Shown: positions 16,384 through 27,845, numbered from the stretch's first letter. The stretch: DNA of 64,000 nt from an uncultured Clostridia bacterium (GCA_946542105.1 CAMNKJ010000001.1:35590-99589); one strand, 5' to 3'. A program made the numbers and translations. Notes: a model not told the origin generated them from the letters alone.

Positions 16384-18075
16384 CTACTTCTTTTTGAACC
16401 CATCCTTCAAGCTGACAGAACGGTTAAAGATCATCTTCTCCTTGGTGCTGTCGGGGTCGATGCAGAAGTAGCCGGTGCGCATGAACTGGAAGTAGGCAGG
16501 CGCTTCAAAATCGGCGATCGCTCTCTCCGCCTTACAGCCCTCGACGACCTTGAGGGAGTCGGGGTTGATGAAGTCGAGGAAGTCCCTGCCGTCTGCCTCG
16601 GGGTCGGCGACGCTGAACAGGTTATCATACAGGTTGCAGGTCGCGTCGAGCGCGTTCTCAGCGTCTACCCAGTGGATGGTGCCGCGCACCTTTCTGCCGT
16701 CGGGCGTGTTGCCGCCGCGCGTCAAAGGATCATACTCGGCGTAGACCTCGACGACGTTGCCGTTCTCGTCCTTTTTACAGCCGGTGCATTTGACGATGTA
16801 GGCGCTTTTCAGACGCACCTCGTTGCCCGGGTACAGGCGCTGATACTTCTTGATCGGCTCCTCCATAAAGTCGCCGCGCTCGATCCAACACTCGCGGGAG
16901 AAGGTGACCTCTCTCGTGCCGTCGGCTTCATTGTTCGGGTTGTTCTCCACACGGAAGGTCTCGCTCTGCCCCTCGGGGTAGTTGGTGATGACGAGCTTGA
17001 CAGGGTCGAGCACGACCATCACGCGCTGCGCGGTCAGGTTCAGATCCTCTCTGAGACAATGCTCAAGGAAGCTGTACTCCACAGTGGAGTTGACCTTGCT
17101 CACGCCGATGCGGTCGCAGAAGTTGCGGATCGATCGGGGCGTGTAGCCGCGTCTGCGCAGACCGCAGATCGTGGGCATACGCGGATCGTCCCATCCGCTG
17201 ACGGTGCCGCCTTCGACCAGCGCGCGGAGCTTGCGCTTACTCATGACCGTGTGGTTGATGCCCAGTCGCGCGAACTCGATCTGGCGCGGCTTAGAGGGCA
17301 GGGTGACGTTGTCGCGCACCCAGTTGTACAGCGGTCGGTGATCCTCGAACTCGAGGCTGCACAGGCTGTGGGTGATGTGCTCCATCGCGTCCTCGATGGG
17401 GTGGGCAAAGTCATACATCGGGTAGATGCACCACTTGTCACCGGTGCGGTGATGGTGCAGGCGGTTGATGCGGTAGATGACCGGATCGCGCATGTTGAAG
17501 TTGCCCGACGCGAGGTCGATCTTCGCGCGCAGGGTCATTTTGCCGTCCTCCACCTCGCCGTTCTTCATCTTCTCAAAGAGGGTGAGGCTCTCTTCGATCG
17601 GGCGGTCACGGTAGGGGGACTTGGCTGGAGTGGAGAGGTCGCCGCGGTATTCGCGCATTTGCTCGGGGGTTAGCTCGCAGATGTAGGCGAGCCCCTTCTT
17701 GATCAGCTCGACCGCCGCGTCATACATCTTGTCAAAGTATTCGGACGCGTAATAGAAGCGATCCTCCCAGTCAAAGCCCAGCCATTTGATATCCTCTTGG
17801 ATTGCGTCGACGTACTCCACATCCTCCTTGGTGGGGTTGGTGTCGTCCATACGCAGGTTGCAGACGCCGCCGAACTTGAGCGCGGTGCCGAAGTTGATGC
17901 AGATCGCCTTGGCGTGACCGATGTGCAGGTAGCCGTTCGGTTCGGGAGGAAAGCGCGTGTGCACCTTCATCCCTGCGTAGTCGCCGTCCTCGGCGATGTC
18001 CTTTTCGATCATGGTGTGGATAAAGTTCGAGGACATCTCCTCGGTGTTTTCCACGATTTTCTTGTCTTCTGTCAT
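16384..18075 (-). CDS. glnS: glutamine--tRNA ligase
   Basis: HIGH motif ([13 protein letters not shown]) and VMSKR (KMSKS). GAGGGA RBS lies 7 nt before the ATG at 18075. Confidence 0.93.
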   Translation of the reverse strand: MTEDKKIVENTEEMSSNFIHTMIEKDIAEDGDYAGMKVHTRFPPEPNGYLHIGHAKAICINFGTALKFGGVCNLRMDDTNPTKEDVEYVDAIQEDIKWLGFDWEDRFYYASEYFDKMYDAAVELIKKGLAYICELTPEQMREYRGDLSTPAKSPYRDRPIEESLTLFEKMKNGEVEDGKMTLRAKIDLASGNFNMRDPVIYRINRLHHHRTGDKWCIYPMYDFAHPIEDAMEHITHSLCSLEFEDHRPLYNWVRDNVTLPSKPRQIEFARLGINHTVMSKRKLRALVEGGTVSGWDDPRMPTICGLRRRGYTPRSIRNFCDRIGVSKVNSTVEYSFLEHCLREDLNLTAQRVMVVLDPVKLVITNYPEGQSETFRVENNPNNEADGTREVTFSRECWIERGDFMEEPIKKYQRLYPGNEVRLKSAYIVKCTGCKKDENGNVVEVYAEYDPLTRGGNTPDGRKVRGTIHWVDAENALDATCNLYDNLFSVADPEADGRDFLDFINPDSLKVVEGCKAERAIADFEAPAYFQFMRTGYFCIDPDSTKEKMIFNRSVSLKDGFKKK

Positions 18076-18084
18076 ATACATTCC

Positions 18085-18258
18085 CTCATTTAATCATGAA
18101 TTGCGTCGGCAATTCAAATCATGCCGCGACATGCGTGTCCGGCAAATCACGGCAAAGCCAATTCACGCCGTAGGCAAATCATAATGATTTGACAGCAGAG
18201 CTGTCATGAATTGAACATTGTTCATGAATTGCACCGTCGGTGCATGATTTGTGCTGCG
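18085..18258. repeat. AAATCATG / CAATTCA word-family element ending in the 17-nt palindrome CAAATCATAATGATTTG
   Basis: Aligns by eye over about 80 nt with 12886-12967. Contains the variant GACATGCGTGTC. Confidence 0.7.
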
Positions 18259-18262
18259 CACA

Positions 18263-19711
18263 TTATTTCAATTTCTCCAGCCCGAGCGCCATTCTTCTCA
18301 GGCTCTCTTCTTTGCCCAGAATGTCGAGGATCTCGATCGCGCCGCCGGGGGTGACGGTTTTGCCTGCCACGGCGATACGCGCCGGCCACATCACGGTGCC
18401 GTTCTTGACCTCGAGCTTCTGCGCTAATCCGATCAGCGCGTCGTGGATGGCATCATGATCCCAGTTCTCCAGTGCGGAGAGCTCGTCAAACACCGCTTTC
18501 AGCATCACTGGCGCGTTCTCAAGATTGGTCTTGCTCTTTTTATTGACAAAGAGCTCCTTATCGTACTCAGGCAGCGCCGCGAAGAAGTCGATCTTCCCGG
18601 GGATGTCGGTGAGCTTGGTGGTGCGCTGCTGCAGGATCGCCGCCAGCTTGTGATAATCGAGCGCTTTATCGCCCAACGCTTCTTTGAAGTACGGGGTGCA
18701 GATCTCAACAAATTGCTCGTTGGTCATCGCCTTGATATACTCGCCGTTGAACCATTCGAGCTTGTCGTAGTCGAATACCGCGGGGCTCTTGCTGATGCCG
18801 CTGATATCGAAGGCTTTTGTCAGCTCTTCAAGCGTAAAGATCTCTTGATTATCCTTCGGGCACCATCCGAGCAGGGCGATATAGTTGATGATCGCCTCGG
18901 GCAGGTAGCCCTCCTTGATCAAGTCCTCAAAGCCCGTGGAGCCGTGGCGCTTGCTGAGCTTCGACACAGAGCCGTCCTCGTTCTTGCCGTTGATCAGCGG
19001 CAGATGGATGTAGGTCGGGATCTCCCAGCCGAACGCCTCATACAAGAGGTTGTATTTGGGCGTGGAGCTCAGATACTCACTGCCGCGCACGACATGGGTG
19101 ATGCCCATGGTGTGGTCGTCGATGACATTGGCGAAGTTGTAGGTCGGGTAGCCGTCCTGCTTGATCAAAATCTGATCCTGCAGCTCGCTGTTGTCCACCG
19201 TGATCTCGCCGAACACCGCGTCCGTAAAGGTGGTGGAGCCTTCGATCGGCATCTTCTGACGGATGACGTAGGGGATGCCTGCGTCCAATTTTTCTTGTAT
19301 CTCTTCCTCGCTGAGATCGCGGCAGTGACGGTCATAGCCGCCGCCGACGGTCTCGTTCTGGAGCTTTTCCAAACGCTCCTTGGTGCAGAAGCAGCGGTAT
19401 GCCTTGCCCTCTTTGATCAGCTGTTCGGCGTAGGGCAGGTACATATCCTTGCGCTCGCTCTGCACATAGGGGCCGTAGTCGCCGCCGATATCGGGACCCT
19501 CGTCATGCTGTAAGCCGGCGGTCTTGAGCGTCTTGTAGATGACGTCCACCGCGCCCTCGACATAGCGTTCCTGATCGGTATCCTCGATCCTGAGGACAAA
19601 GGTGCCGCCCTGACTTTTGGCGACCAGATATTCATACAGCGCCGTTCTCAGGTTGCCGACGTGCATGAAGCCTGTCGGACTGGGCGCGAAACGTGTTCTT
19701 ACCTTACTCAC
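18263..19711 (-). CDS. gltX: glutamate--tRNA ligase
   Basis: [16 protein letters not shown] (HIGH) and KLSKRHG (KMSKS). The probable GTG start at 19711 follows GAGGGA. An alternative ATG lies at 19726. The start overlaps the secA 3' end. Confidence 0.9.
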   Translation of the reverse strand: MSKVRTRFAPSPTGFMHVGNLRTALYEYLVAKSQGGTFVLRIEDTDQERYVEGAVDVIYKTLKTAGLQHDEGPDIGGDYGPYVQSERKDMYLPYAEQLIKEGKAYRCFCTKERLEKLQNETVGGGYDRHCRDLSEEEIQEKLDAGIPYVIRQKMPIEGSTTFTDAVFGEITVDNSELQDQILIKQDGYPTYNFANVIDDHTMGITHVVRGSEYLSSTPKYNLLYEAFGWEIPTYIHLPLINGKNEDGSVSKLSKRHGSTGFEDLIKEGYLPEAIINYIALLGWCPKDNQEIFTLEELTKAFDISGISKSPAVFDYDKLEWFNGEYIKAMTNEQFVEICTPYFKEALGDKALDYHKLAAILQQRTTKLTDIPGKIDFFAALPEYDKELFVNKKSKTNLENAPVMLKAVFDELSALENWDHDAIHDALIGLAQKLEVKNGTVMWPARIAVAGKTVTPGGAIEILDILGKEESLRRMALGLEKLK

Positions 19712-22604
19712 TTTTGTATCCCTCATCAATCGGTTTGTGACATTTTTTATATTTCTTGCCCGAGCCGCACCAGCAGGGGTCGTTGGGACCGGGCTTTTTG
19801 TTCTTTTTCTTGACAACGGTCTTGTTGGTCGACACGGTGCCGTCGCCCGAGAACTCGGTGGGCTTTGCGACCTGCTCGCGCTTGAGCCCCAGCTCCACCG
19901 CGGAGGGCTTGGGCTTTCTGTCCTCTTCGGTCTTGAGGATGACCTGATGGGCTGCCGCCGCCTTTTCTTCCATCTCCCTGCGCTTGGCTTCGAGCTCCTC
20001 GCGCTTCTTCTGGATCTCATACACGCGTTTAGGCGCGACAAGGATCAGCTTGGCGGTCTCCTGACGGATGGTTTCGATCATCTCGTCAAACATATCGAAG
20101 CCCTCGATACGGTACTCGACGACCGGATCGCGCTGACCGTAGGCGCGCAGGCGGATGCCCTGCTTTAACTGATCCATATTGTCGATGTGCTCCATCCAGT
20201 AGGTGTCGACGCTCTTCAACAGATAGATGCGCTCCATCTCGCGCATGGTCTCGGAACCCACCAGCTCCTCGTTCTCCTCATAGAGCTTGGCGGCTCTTTC
20301 CTGCAATTCCTTGATCAGATATTCCTTATCGGTTCTTTCGAGCTCGTCCTTGGTAAAGCTGAACTTGTTATCGTCGTCGATCAGCCAGCCGCGGTACAGC
20401 TCATTGAGACCGGGCAGGTTCCAGTTTTCTTTATCCATATCGTCGGCGCAGAACATGTTGACATTGTTCTCGATGGTATCATTCACCATCTTCACAACGG
20501 TATCGTGCACGTCCTCGCCGTCAAGCACCTGATTACGCTGACCGTAGATGATCTCACGCTGACGGTTCATGACGTCGTCGTAGTCAAGGACGGATTTACG
20601 GATCGCGAAGTTGCGGCTCTCGACCTTCTGCTGGGAGCTTTCCACGATGTTGGTGAGCATCTTGCTCTCGATCGGCTGATCCTCCTCGATGTTCATGCGG
20701 TCGAGGATCATACCCATCCTCTCGCCGCCGAAGATACGCATCAGGTCGTCCTCGCAGGAGAGGAAGAACTTGCTCTTACCCGGGTCGCCCTGACGGCCGG
20801 AACGTCCGCGCAGCTGGTTGTCGATACGGCGGCTCTCGTGGCGCTCCGTACCGATGATGTATAAGCCGCCTGCCTGACGGACTTTGTCCGCCTCGGCGTT
20901 GATCTCTTCTTTATGGCTGTCATAGTATTCCTGATACTTTTGACGCGCTTCCTTGATGACCTCGTCGTCGGTATCGGCAAAGCCCGTCGCCTCGGCGATG
21001 ACCTCGTCGTCATAGCCCTCTTTTCTCAGCTGAGCTTTTGCCATATATTCGGCGTTACCGCCCAGCACGATATCGGTACCGCGGCCTGCCATGTTGGTGG
21101 CGATGGTGACCGCGCCGAGCTTGCCTGCCTGCGCGACGATCTCCGCCTCTTTCTCATGGTGCTTCGCGTTGAGCACATTATGCTTGATGCCGGTTTTCTT
21201 CAATAGCTTACTGAGCTGTTCGCTCTTCTCGATGGAGATGGTACCCACCAGCACGGGCTGACCGATCTCATGCGCTCTTTTGATCTCTTCGATGATCGCC
21301 ATGAACTTGCCGTGCTCGGTGCGGTAGATCGCGTCGTGCTGATCCTGTCGGATGACCTCTTTGTTGGTCGGGATCTCGACGACGTCGAGCTTGTAGATCT
21401 CCTGGAACTCTTCCTCCTCGGTCTTGGCGGTACCGGTCATACCGGACAGCTTGCCGTACAGACGGAAGAAGTTCTGGAAGGTGATGGTGGCGAGGGTCTT
21501 AGACTCACTCTCGACCTTGACGCCCTCTTTTGCCTCGATCGCCTGATGCAGACCCTCGTTATAGCGTCTGCCGTACATCAAACGGCCGGTGAACTCATCG
21601 ACGATGATGACCTCGCCGTCCTTGACGACGTAGTTGACCTCGTTCTTCATACAGCCGTGTGCCTTGATCGCCTGATTGACATGGTGCTGGATGGTGACGT
21701 TATCGGGGTCGGAGAGATTGTCCAGATTGAAGAACGCCTCCGCCTTCTTCACGCCGACTTGGGTCAGCGTAGCGGTATGCGCCTTTTCATCCACGATGTA
21801 GTCGATCTTGTTTTCCTGATAGAATTCCTCGAGATCCTCCTTTGCGTCGGTCTCGGTAAAGACATATTTCTTCATGGTACGGGCGAGCTGATCGGCGCGC
21901 TCATACAGATCAGACGCCTTGTCGCCCTTACCCGAGATGATCAGCGGCGTACGCGCCTCATCGATCAGGATCGAGTCGACCTCGTCCACGATGGCAAACG
22001 CGTGCTCGCGCTGTACCTTCTGTTCTTTATAGACGACCATGTTGTCGCGCAGATAGTCAAAGCCCAGCTCATTGTTGGTGCCGTAGGTGATATCCGCGTT
22101 GTACATGCTCTTGCGCTCCTCGGCGGGGATATCGTGGATGATCAGACCGACCGAGAGCCCCAGCCAGCGATAGAGCTTGCCCATCCATTCGGAGTCACGC
22201 TTTGCCAGATAATCGTTGACGGTGACGATGTGCACGCCCTTGCCGGTCAAGCCGTTGAGGTAGGCAGGCAGGGTGGCGACCAGCGTTTTACCCTCACCGG
22301 TCTTCATCTCGGCGATACGTCCCTGATGCAGGACGATGCCGCCGATGATCTGCACGGGGAAGTGCTTCATGCCCAGCACTCTCCATGACGCCTCACGGCA
22401 TACCGCGAACGCGTCGGGCAGGATATCGTCGGTGGTCTCGCCCTTATTCAGACGTTCCTTGAGGACAGCGGTCTGAGCCTTCAGCTCGCTCTCGGACATC
22501 GCGGCATATTTGCTCTCCAGCGAGAGGACCTTATCGCAAATCGGTTTGATACGCTTTAGCTCGCGCGACGAGTAGTCGCCGAACAGCGCTTTGAATAAAC
22601 CCAT
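19704..22604 (-). CDS. secA: preprotein translocase ATPase SecA
   Basis: Walker [28 protein letters not shown]-terminal zinc motif [13 protein letters not shown]. Confidence 0.95.
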   Translation of the reverse strand: MGLFKALFGDYSSRELKRIKPICDKVLSLESKYAAMSESELKAQTAVLKERLNKGETTDDILPDAFAVCREASWRVLGMKHFPVQIIGGIVLHQGRIAEMKTGEGKTLVATLPAYLNGLTGKGVHIVTVNDYLAKRDSEWMGKLYRWLGLSVGLIIHDIPAEERKSMYNADITYGTNNELGFDYLRDNMVVYKEQKVQREHAFAIVDEVDSILIDEARTPLIISGKGDKASDLYERADQLARTMKKYVFTETDAKEDLEEFYQENKIDYIVDEKAHTATLTQVGVKKAEAFFNLDNLSDPDNVTIQHHVNQAIKAHGCMKNEVNYVVKDGEVIIVDEFTGRLMYGRRYNEGLHQAIEAKEGVKVESESKTLATITFQNFFRLYGKLSGMTGTAKTEEEEFQEIYKLDVVEIPTNKEVIRQDQHDAIYRTEHGKFMAIIEEIKRAHEIGQPVLVGTISIEKSEQLSKLLKKTGIKHNVLNAKHHEKEAEIVAQAGKLGAVTIATNMAGRGTDIVLGGNAEYMAKAQLRKEGYDDEVIAEATGFADTDDEVIKEARQKYQEYYDSHKEEINAEADKVRQAGGLYIIGTERHESRRIDNQLRGRSGRQGDPGKSKFFLSCEDDLMRIFGGERMGMILDRMNIEEDQPIESKMLTNIVESSQQKVESRNFAIRKSVLDYDDVMNRQREIIYGQRNQVLDGEDVHDTVVKMVNDTIENNVNMFCADDMDKENWNLPGLNELYRGWLIDDDNKFSFTKDELERTDKEYLIKELQERAAKLYEENEELVGSETMREMERIYLLKSVDTYWMEHIDNMDQLKQGIRLRAYGQRDPVVEYRIEGFDMFDEMIETIRQETAKLILVAPKRVYEIQKKREELEAKRREMEEKAAAAHQVILKTEEDRKPKPSAVELGLKREQVAKPTEFSGDGTVSTNKTVVKKKNKKPGPNDPCWCGSGKKYKKCHKPIDEGYKSE

Positions 22605-22826
22605 AGTATCAGTTCCTTTCTACTTTGGTGACAATAAGAAAACTTGGGACAAATCCCTATATCACCCCATTATAAATATGAGTATATCATATTATAGGGA
22701 AAAAATAAAGAAGAAAAAGAGATTTTTACGATCGTGATTTTTAGTCATTTTGCATGGCGGAAGCAAACGATCAAACAGCAGAGGATTCGGGCGGCATAAT
22801 TTTAGCCTTATATTTCTAATATGTTA

Positions 22827-22855
22827 TTGAATTTCTGTGTCTGTTGATGTAAAAT
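22827..22855 (+). promoter_or_regulatory. promoter TTGAAT-17-TAAAAT for the K+ transporter cluster
   Basis: Read directly from the sequence. The approximately 85-nt leader holds the nested hairpin TACGGG..GCGGC-ACAA-GCCGC..CCCGTA. Confidence 0.5.
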
Positions 22856-22947
22856 ACACTTACATATGGGTATTATTACGGGTAATACGGCAGAGCGGCA
22901 CAAGCCGCCCGTATACGCAGTGATAACCGAATGGACGGGGAGGGTGT

Positions 22948-24285
22948 ATGACGAAACCAATCAAAAGAAAAAGACGACTGTCGTCGTTCCAGATCATCAT
23001 CCTCGGCTTTGTCGGGGTGATTTTACTGGGAGCGCTGTTGCTCATGCTCCCCATCTCCGCGAAAGACAGAACCGTTACGCCGTTCAATCAGACGTTGTTT
23101 ACCTCGACCTCGGCGGTCTGTGTGACCGGACTGATCGTACAGGATACCGCCACTCACTGGTCGCTGTTCGGTCAGGCTGTCATATTGACTTTGATACAGG
23201 TCGGCGGCTTGGGCGTCATCACGATGGCGGCTTCCTTTGTCCTGCTTTCGGGTAAAAGATTCAGCTTCAGTCAGCGCAACACGATGCAGAACGCGATCTC
23301 CGCGCCCAGTCTGGGCGGTATCGTCCGATTGACGAAGTTCGTCGTCAAGGGTACGGCGATCATCGAGCTGCTGGGCGCTGTCGCGATGATGCCGGTGTTT
23401 GTGCAGAGCCACGGCGTCAGGGGCGTCTGGATGGCGGTCTTCCATTCTGTTTCCGCCTTTTGTAACGCCGGTTTCGATCTGATGGGCACGCCGGAGCAAA
23501 AATTCGCTTCCCTGACCTCCCTGCCCACGAATCCGATTGTCAATATCGTCATCATGCTGCTGATCATCATCGGCGGTATCGGCTTTTTGACGTGGAGGGA
23601 CGTCATCACCAACAAATTTCGATTCAAGCGTTATCGGCTGCAGAGCAAGATCGTCATCGTGACCTCCGCGATTTTGATCGCTGTTCCCGCTTTGATCTAT
23701 TTCTTCTATGATTTCGAGAATCTGCCGATGGCGCAAAGAGTTTTTGGCTCGCTCTTTCAGGCGGTCACACCCCGAACCGCCGGCTTCAACACGCTCGACC
23801 TCAACTCCATGACCAGATTCGGTCAGGCTGTGATGATCATCCTGATGCTGATCGGCGGCTCGCCCGGCTCCACGGCAGGCGGTATGAAAACCATCACCGT
23901 CGCCGTGCTGTTCAAGAACGCGACCGCTTCTTTTAAACGACAAGAAGATCCCGAGTGCTTTGGCAGAAGGATCGAGGCGAGCGCCGTCAAGACCGCCTCT
24001 ACGATCTTGGTGATGTATTTGACGCTCTGCCTTGTGAGCGCGGCGGTGATCTGTATGATCGAAAAGCTGCCCTATGAGGTATGCGTATTTGAGACCGCGT
24101 CGGCGGTCGGCACCGTCGGACTGACCCTCGGCATCACTCCGGGTCTGGGTATCGTATCACAGGTGATCCTTATTCTGCTGATGTTCCTCGGCAGAGTCGG
24201 CGGTCTGACCATTATCTACGCGGCGCTGTCCGGCTCGACCAAGAAGCTGTCCAGACTGCCGAAGGAAGCGATTACTGTAGGTTAA
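22948..24285 (+). CDS. KtrB/TrkG-type potassium transporter membrane subunit
   Basis: Four MPM repeats with selectivity glycines (VTGL, GGLG, NAGF, GGSPGSTAGG). Confidence 0.85.
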   Translation: MTKPIKRKRRLSSFQIIILGFVGVILLGALLLMLPISAKDRTVTPFNQTLFTSTSAVCVTGLIVQDTATHWSLFGQAVILTLIQVGGLGVITMAASFVLLSGKRFSFSQRNTMQNAISAPSLGGIVRLTKFVVKGTAIIELLGAVAMMPVFVQSHGVRGVWMAVFHSVSAFCNAGFDLMGTPEQKFASLTSLPTNPIVNIVIMLLIIIGGIGFLTWRDVITNKFRFKRYRLQSKIVIVTSAILIAVPALIYFFYDFENLPMAQRVFGSLFQAVTPRTAGFNTLDLNSMTRFGQAVMIILMLIGGSPGSTAGGMKTITVAVLFKNATASFKRQEDPECFGRRIEASAVKTASTILVMYLTLCLVSAAVICMIEKLPYEVCVFETASAVGTVGLTLGITPGLGIVSQVILILLMFLGRVGGLTIIYAALSGSTKKLSRLPKEAITVG

Positions 24286-24296
24286 AGGAGATTGTT

Positions 24297-24944
24297 ATGA
24301 AATCTATTTTATTGATCGGACTCGGAAGATTCGGGCGCAATGTCGCGATCCGGCTCACGCAGCTCGGGCATGATGTGCTCGGCATCGATCACGATGAAGA
24401 AAGGGTCAACAACGCCCTCGAATGTGTCACGGACGCGCAGATCGGCGACAGCACCAACAAGGCGTATCTTCGCTCTCTCGGCGTCAATAATTTTGACGTT
24501 TGCTTTGTGACGATCAGCAATGATTTCCAGAGCTCTTTGGAAACGACCTACCTGTTGAAGGAGCTCGGCGCCAAGTTTGTCGTCGCGCGTGCGGAGCGCG
24601 ACGGACAGGAGCGGTTCCTTTTGCGCAACGGCGCGGATAAGGTGGTTTATCCCGAGAAGCAGGTCGCGCGCTGGGCGGCGATCCGTTACAGCTCCAATCA
24701 TCTGCTCGAATATATCCAGCTGGATGACACCCACTCCATTTACGAGGTCACCATCCCCGAGGAATGGTTTGGCAAGACGATCGTCCAGTTGGACGTCAGA
24801 AGAAAGTACGAGCTGACCATTGTCGGCATCCGCGAAAACGACGTCATGAGCTTTATCGTCAAGCCGGATACGGTCTTGACGAAGGACATGTCGCTGTTGG
24901 TGCTCGGCGAGTATAAAAAGCTCAAAAAGTGTTTCAAGTTCTAA
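24297..24944 (+). CDS. KtrA/TrkA-N type RCK regulatory subunit
   Basis: Rossmann motif GLGRFG and 215-aa RCK N+C domains. Confidence 0.85.
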   Translation: MKSILLIGLGRFGRNVAIRLTQLGHDVLGIDHDEERVNNALECVTDAQIGDSTNKAYLRSLGVNNFDVCFVTISNDFQSSLETTYLLKELGAKFVVARAERDGQERFLLRNGADKVVYPEKQVARWAAIRYSSNHLLEYIQLDDTHSIYEVTIPEEWFGKTIVQLDVRRKYELTIVGIRENDVMSFIVKPDTVLTKDMSLLVLGEYKKLKKCFKF

Positions 24945-25016
24945 ACATAACTCATACGATAACAGTAAACGGTTTTCGTTTATATTCCGATAGGATCAAT
25001 TGACGAGGTAATTACT

Positions 25017-26375
25017 ATGAATATCATTATCGTGGGATGCGGTCGTGTCGGCCGCTCGATCGCGGAACAGCTCAACGATGAAGGCCATTCCGTGACCGTG
25101 ATCGACGAGCGATATGACGCGCTCGACAGGATCGCCGATACCCAGAATGTGATGGCGATACAGGGTAACGGCGCGACCTACACCGTACTGCGTGAGGCAG
25201 GGGTCGAAACGGCGGATCTGTTGATCGCCGTCACCGCTACCGACGAGTTGAATCTGTACACCTGCATGCTCGCGAAGAACGCCGGCATCGGCTCGACGAT
25301 CGCGCGCGTGCGCAACCCCGAGTACATCCACGATGTAGAGAAGATCAAGGGACAGCTCAAGCTGACCTTGGCGATCAACCCCGAGTACACCTGCGCCTCT
25401 GAGATCTCCCGACTGGTCAAGTACCCCGGCGCGGTGAAGATCAGCTCCTTCGCAAAGGGTCAGGTGGATTTCATCAAGATCCGCCTCAATGACCGGACGC
25501 CCATCTCCGGCAAGCGAGTGGCGGACTGCGCTTCTATTTTAAAAGGCATGGTGCGCATTGTTTTTGTTGAGAGAAACGGCGAGGTCTATATCCCCAACGG
25601 CGATTTTACGCTTCAGGCGAACGATATGGTGTCCTTTGTCGCGCCCTCGGGCGCCGCGGCAAAGCTGCTCAAAACACTGGGCACGATCTCCAACAAGGGA
25701 CGCTCCGTCTTTATTCTCGGCGGCAGCAAGATCGGCTTTTATCTGGCTAAGATCCTGCGTGAAGCAGGCGTCAGCGTCAAGATTATCGAGAAGGATACCC
25801 GTCGCTGTGAGGAGCTTTCCGAGGATCTTGACGGCGTGATGATCATCAACGCCGACGCGATGGATGAGGATCTCTTGTTAAGCGAGCATATCGACCGCGC
25901 CGACGGCGTGGTGTGCCTGATGAATACCGATGAAGAAAACCTGCTCGCGTCGCTCTATGTCAAGCAAGTCAACGAAAGAGCGAAGGTCATCACGGAGCTG
26001 GGCAACCTCAAGTTCTCCTCCGTAGTGGACACTCTCCCGCTCGACAGCGTGATCCGACCCAAGCAGCTCACCGGAGAGTCGATCGCGCGGTATGTTCGCG
26101 GTATGCAGAATGCCGTCGGCAACAATGTCGAAACGATGTACAAGGTCAACAACGACCGTGCCGAGGCGTTGGAATTTGTTGTCAGAGAGAGGAGCGCCGT
26201 CACCGGCGTACCGCTGTCCCGATTGAATTTGAAAAACGATCTGCAAATCGTTTGTATCAGCCGCGGCGGCAAGCTGATCATGCCCGGCGGCAACGACACC
26301 ATCGAGCCGGGCGACAGGGTCATCGTCCTGACAAAACACAAGGGTCTTTCCGACCTGAGAGATATTCTGAGATAA
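25017..26375 (+). CDS. trkA: Trk system regulatory protein TrkA (duplicated RCK)
   Basis: Two Rossmann motifs (GCGRVG, GGSKIG) in a 452-aa tandem RCK architecture. Confidence 0.9.
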   Translation: MNIIIVGCGRVGRSIAEQLNDEGHSVTVIDERYDALDRIADTQNVMAIQGNGATYTVLREAGVETADLLIAVTATDELNLYTCMLAKNAGIGSTIARVRNPEYIHDVEKIKGQLKLTLAINPEYTCASEISRLVKYPGAVKISSFAKGQVDFIKIRLNDRTPISGKRVADCASILKGMVRIVFVERNGEVYIPNGDFTLQANDMVSFVAPSGAAAKLLKTLGTISNKGRSVFILGGSKIGFYLAKILREAGVSVKIIEKDTRRCEELSEDLDGVMIINADAMDEDLLLSEHIDRADGVVCLMNTDEENLLASLYVKQVNERAKVITELGNLKFSSVVDTLPLDSVIRPKQLTGESIARYVRGMQNAVGNNVETMYKVNNDRAEALEFVVRERSAVTGVPLSRLNLKNDLQIVCISRGGKLIMPGGNDTIEPGDRVIVLTKHKGLSDLRDILR

Positions 26376-26390
26376 AGGTTCAAATCACTC

Positions 26391-27845
26391 ATGAATAAAC
26401 GGTTAATTGCTTATATACTCGGCTGGGTACTGGTGATCGAGGGCGCCTGTATGCAGCTGTCCACCATTGTCGGTATCTTCTATCATGAATGGGCGGATCT
26501 TAAATACTTTATCATCATCGGACTTGTTATGATCGCGCTCGGCGTCCCGATGGTCATCAAAAAGCCGAAGAGTAACGTGATGTATCTCAAGGACGGCTTT
26601 ACGGCAACGGCGTTTTCATGGCTGCTGCTGTCGCTGGCCGGCTGCTTGCCGCTTTGGCTCTCCAAGACCATTCCGCATTTTGTTGACGCGCTGTTTGAGA
26701 CCGTCTCGGGCTTTACCACGACGGGCGCTACGATCCTGACCGAGATCGAGCACCTGCCCCACTGTATGCTGTTCTGGCGCAGCTTCTCGCACTTTTTGGG
26801 CGGTATGGGCGTTGTCGTGTTTCTGCTCGCGATCATTCCGCGTCTGGGCGCCAACCAGACGATCAATCTGATGAAAGCGGAATCCACCGGCCCCTCCGTC
26901 AACAAAAGCATGCCCAAGCTCCGCAACTACGCGGCGCTGCTGTACGCGATCTACTGCGGTCTGACCCTCCTCGAATGTATCCTGCTGCTGTTCGGCGGCA
27001 TGAGTCTGTTCGACGCGGTGACCACCTCGTTCTCCACGGCAGGCACCGGCGGCTTTATGGTCTACAACGATTCGATGGCGCGTTTCAGCCCGTATCTGCA
27101 AACGGTCGTAGCGGTCTTTATGATGCTGTTCGGCGTCAACTTTTACGTTTATATCGCGATCCTCTCCAAGCGCTTTAAGCAGGCGTTCAAGAACGAGGAG
27201 GTGTGGGTCTATCTCGGGCTCACCCTCGGCTTTACCGTGGCGATCGCGATCGATCTGTCCGCTCACGGCATGTTTGACGGCGACTTCTTCCGATCCTTCC
27301 ATCAGAGCTACTTCTACATCACCTCCGTCGAGTCCTCCACCGGTATGGCGATCACCGACGTCAACCACTGGCCGGAGTTCTCAAAGACGCTGGTGCTGAT
27401 CGCGACCTGTATCGGCGCGTGTGCCGGCTCCACGGGCGGCGGCTTGAAGGTCTCGCGCTTTGTGATCCTGCTCAAAGGAATCAAAAAGGAATTCACCCTG
27501 ATCCTGCATCCGCGTACCGTCCACACCGTCCGAATGGACAGCAAGAAGATCACGCACGAGGTGAGCCGCTCTGTCAGCGTTTTCTTTGTGATCTATATGG
27601 CGATCATCATCGTGACCACGATCCTGATCTCTTTGAACGGCTTTGATTTTACGACGAGCTTTTCCAGCGTTTTGGCGACCTTGAACAACACCGGCCCCGG
27701 TATGAACATCGTCGGCTCTACCGGCAATTACGCAGGCTTCAGCGTGTTCTCCAAGCTCGTCTTTTGCTTCAACATGCTCGCAGGGCGTCTGGAGCTTTAT
27801 CCGTTCCTGCTGATCTTTTTACCGGCGGCATGGAAAAAAAGCTAA
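26391..27845 (+). CDS. trkH: TrkH-family potassium uptake protein
   Basis: TTTG, GGMG, TAGTGGF and GSTGGG pore loops in 484 aa. Confidence 0.9.
   Translation: MNKRLIAYILGWVLVIEGACMQLSTIVGIFYHEWADLKYFIIIGLVMIALGVPMVIKKPKSNVMYLKDGFTATAFSWLLLSLAGCLPLWLSKTIPHFVDALFETVSGFTTTGATILTEIEHLPHCMLFWRSFSHFLGGMGVVVFLLAIIPRLGANQTINLMKAESTGPSVNKSMPKLRNYAALLYAIYCGLTLLECILLLFGGMSLFDAVTTSFSTAGTGGFMVYNDSMARFSPYLQTVVAVFMMLFGVNFYVYIAILSKRFKQAFKNEEVWVYLGLTLGFTVAIAIDLSAHGMFDGDFFRSFHQSYFYITSVESSTGMAITDVNHWPEFSKTLVLIATCIGACAGSTGGGLKVSRFVILLKGIKKEFTLILHPRTVHTVRMDSKKITHEVSRSVSVFFVIYMAIIIVTTILISLNGFDFTTSFSSVLATLNNTGPGMNIVGSTGNYAGFSVFSKLVFCFNMLAGRLELYPFLLIFLPAAWKKS

Noticed and set aside
16321-17673. 450-aa ORF antisense to glnS. 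Similar long antisense ORFs lie at 291-1085, 4058-4963, 9914-10693, 18443-19513, 21270-22388, 23023-23943, 31799-33092, 33274-34275, 50247-51098, 55017-55652, 59193-59792 and 61101-61748.
   Set aside because: All lie opposite genes with unmistakable family motifs. Their translations are low-complexity and Arg/Ala/Gly/Asp/His/Val-rich, have no RBS, and are typical shadow ORFs of GC-rich coding DNA.
18170-18186. Fur/PerR/Zur-like 7-1-7 box (CAAATCATAATGATTTG).
   Set aside because: The half-site AAATCAT does not match TGATAAT, TTATAAT or TCGTAAT half-sites. The palindrome is the conserved end of a dispersed repeat (also at 12948-12965 with a 2-nt spacer), not a promoter-specific operator.
18082-18262. 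T-box leader for glnS (and likewise upstream of gltX).
   Set aside because: No T-box sequence (AATTAGGGTGGTACCGCG-like) or specifier-loop architecture is visible on the minus strand. The region is occupied by the AAATCATG repeat element.
19727-20041. 105-codon N-terminal extension of the gltX ORF.
   Set aside because: It overlaps the secA coding region in another frame and is Arg/Ser/Pro-rich. The conserved GluRS N-terminus ([11 protein letters not shown]) begins right after the internal start with its own RBS.
22862-22947. c-di-AMP (ydaO-type) riboswitch upstream of the K+ transporter genes.
   Set aside because: The leader is only about 85 nt. The two conserved ACGGGGACCCA / GGGGUGAAUC-type halves are not both present. 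It is kept only as a note to test with a covariance model.
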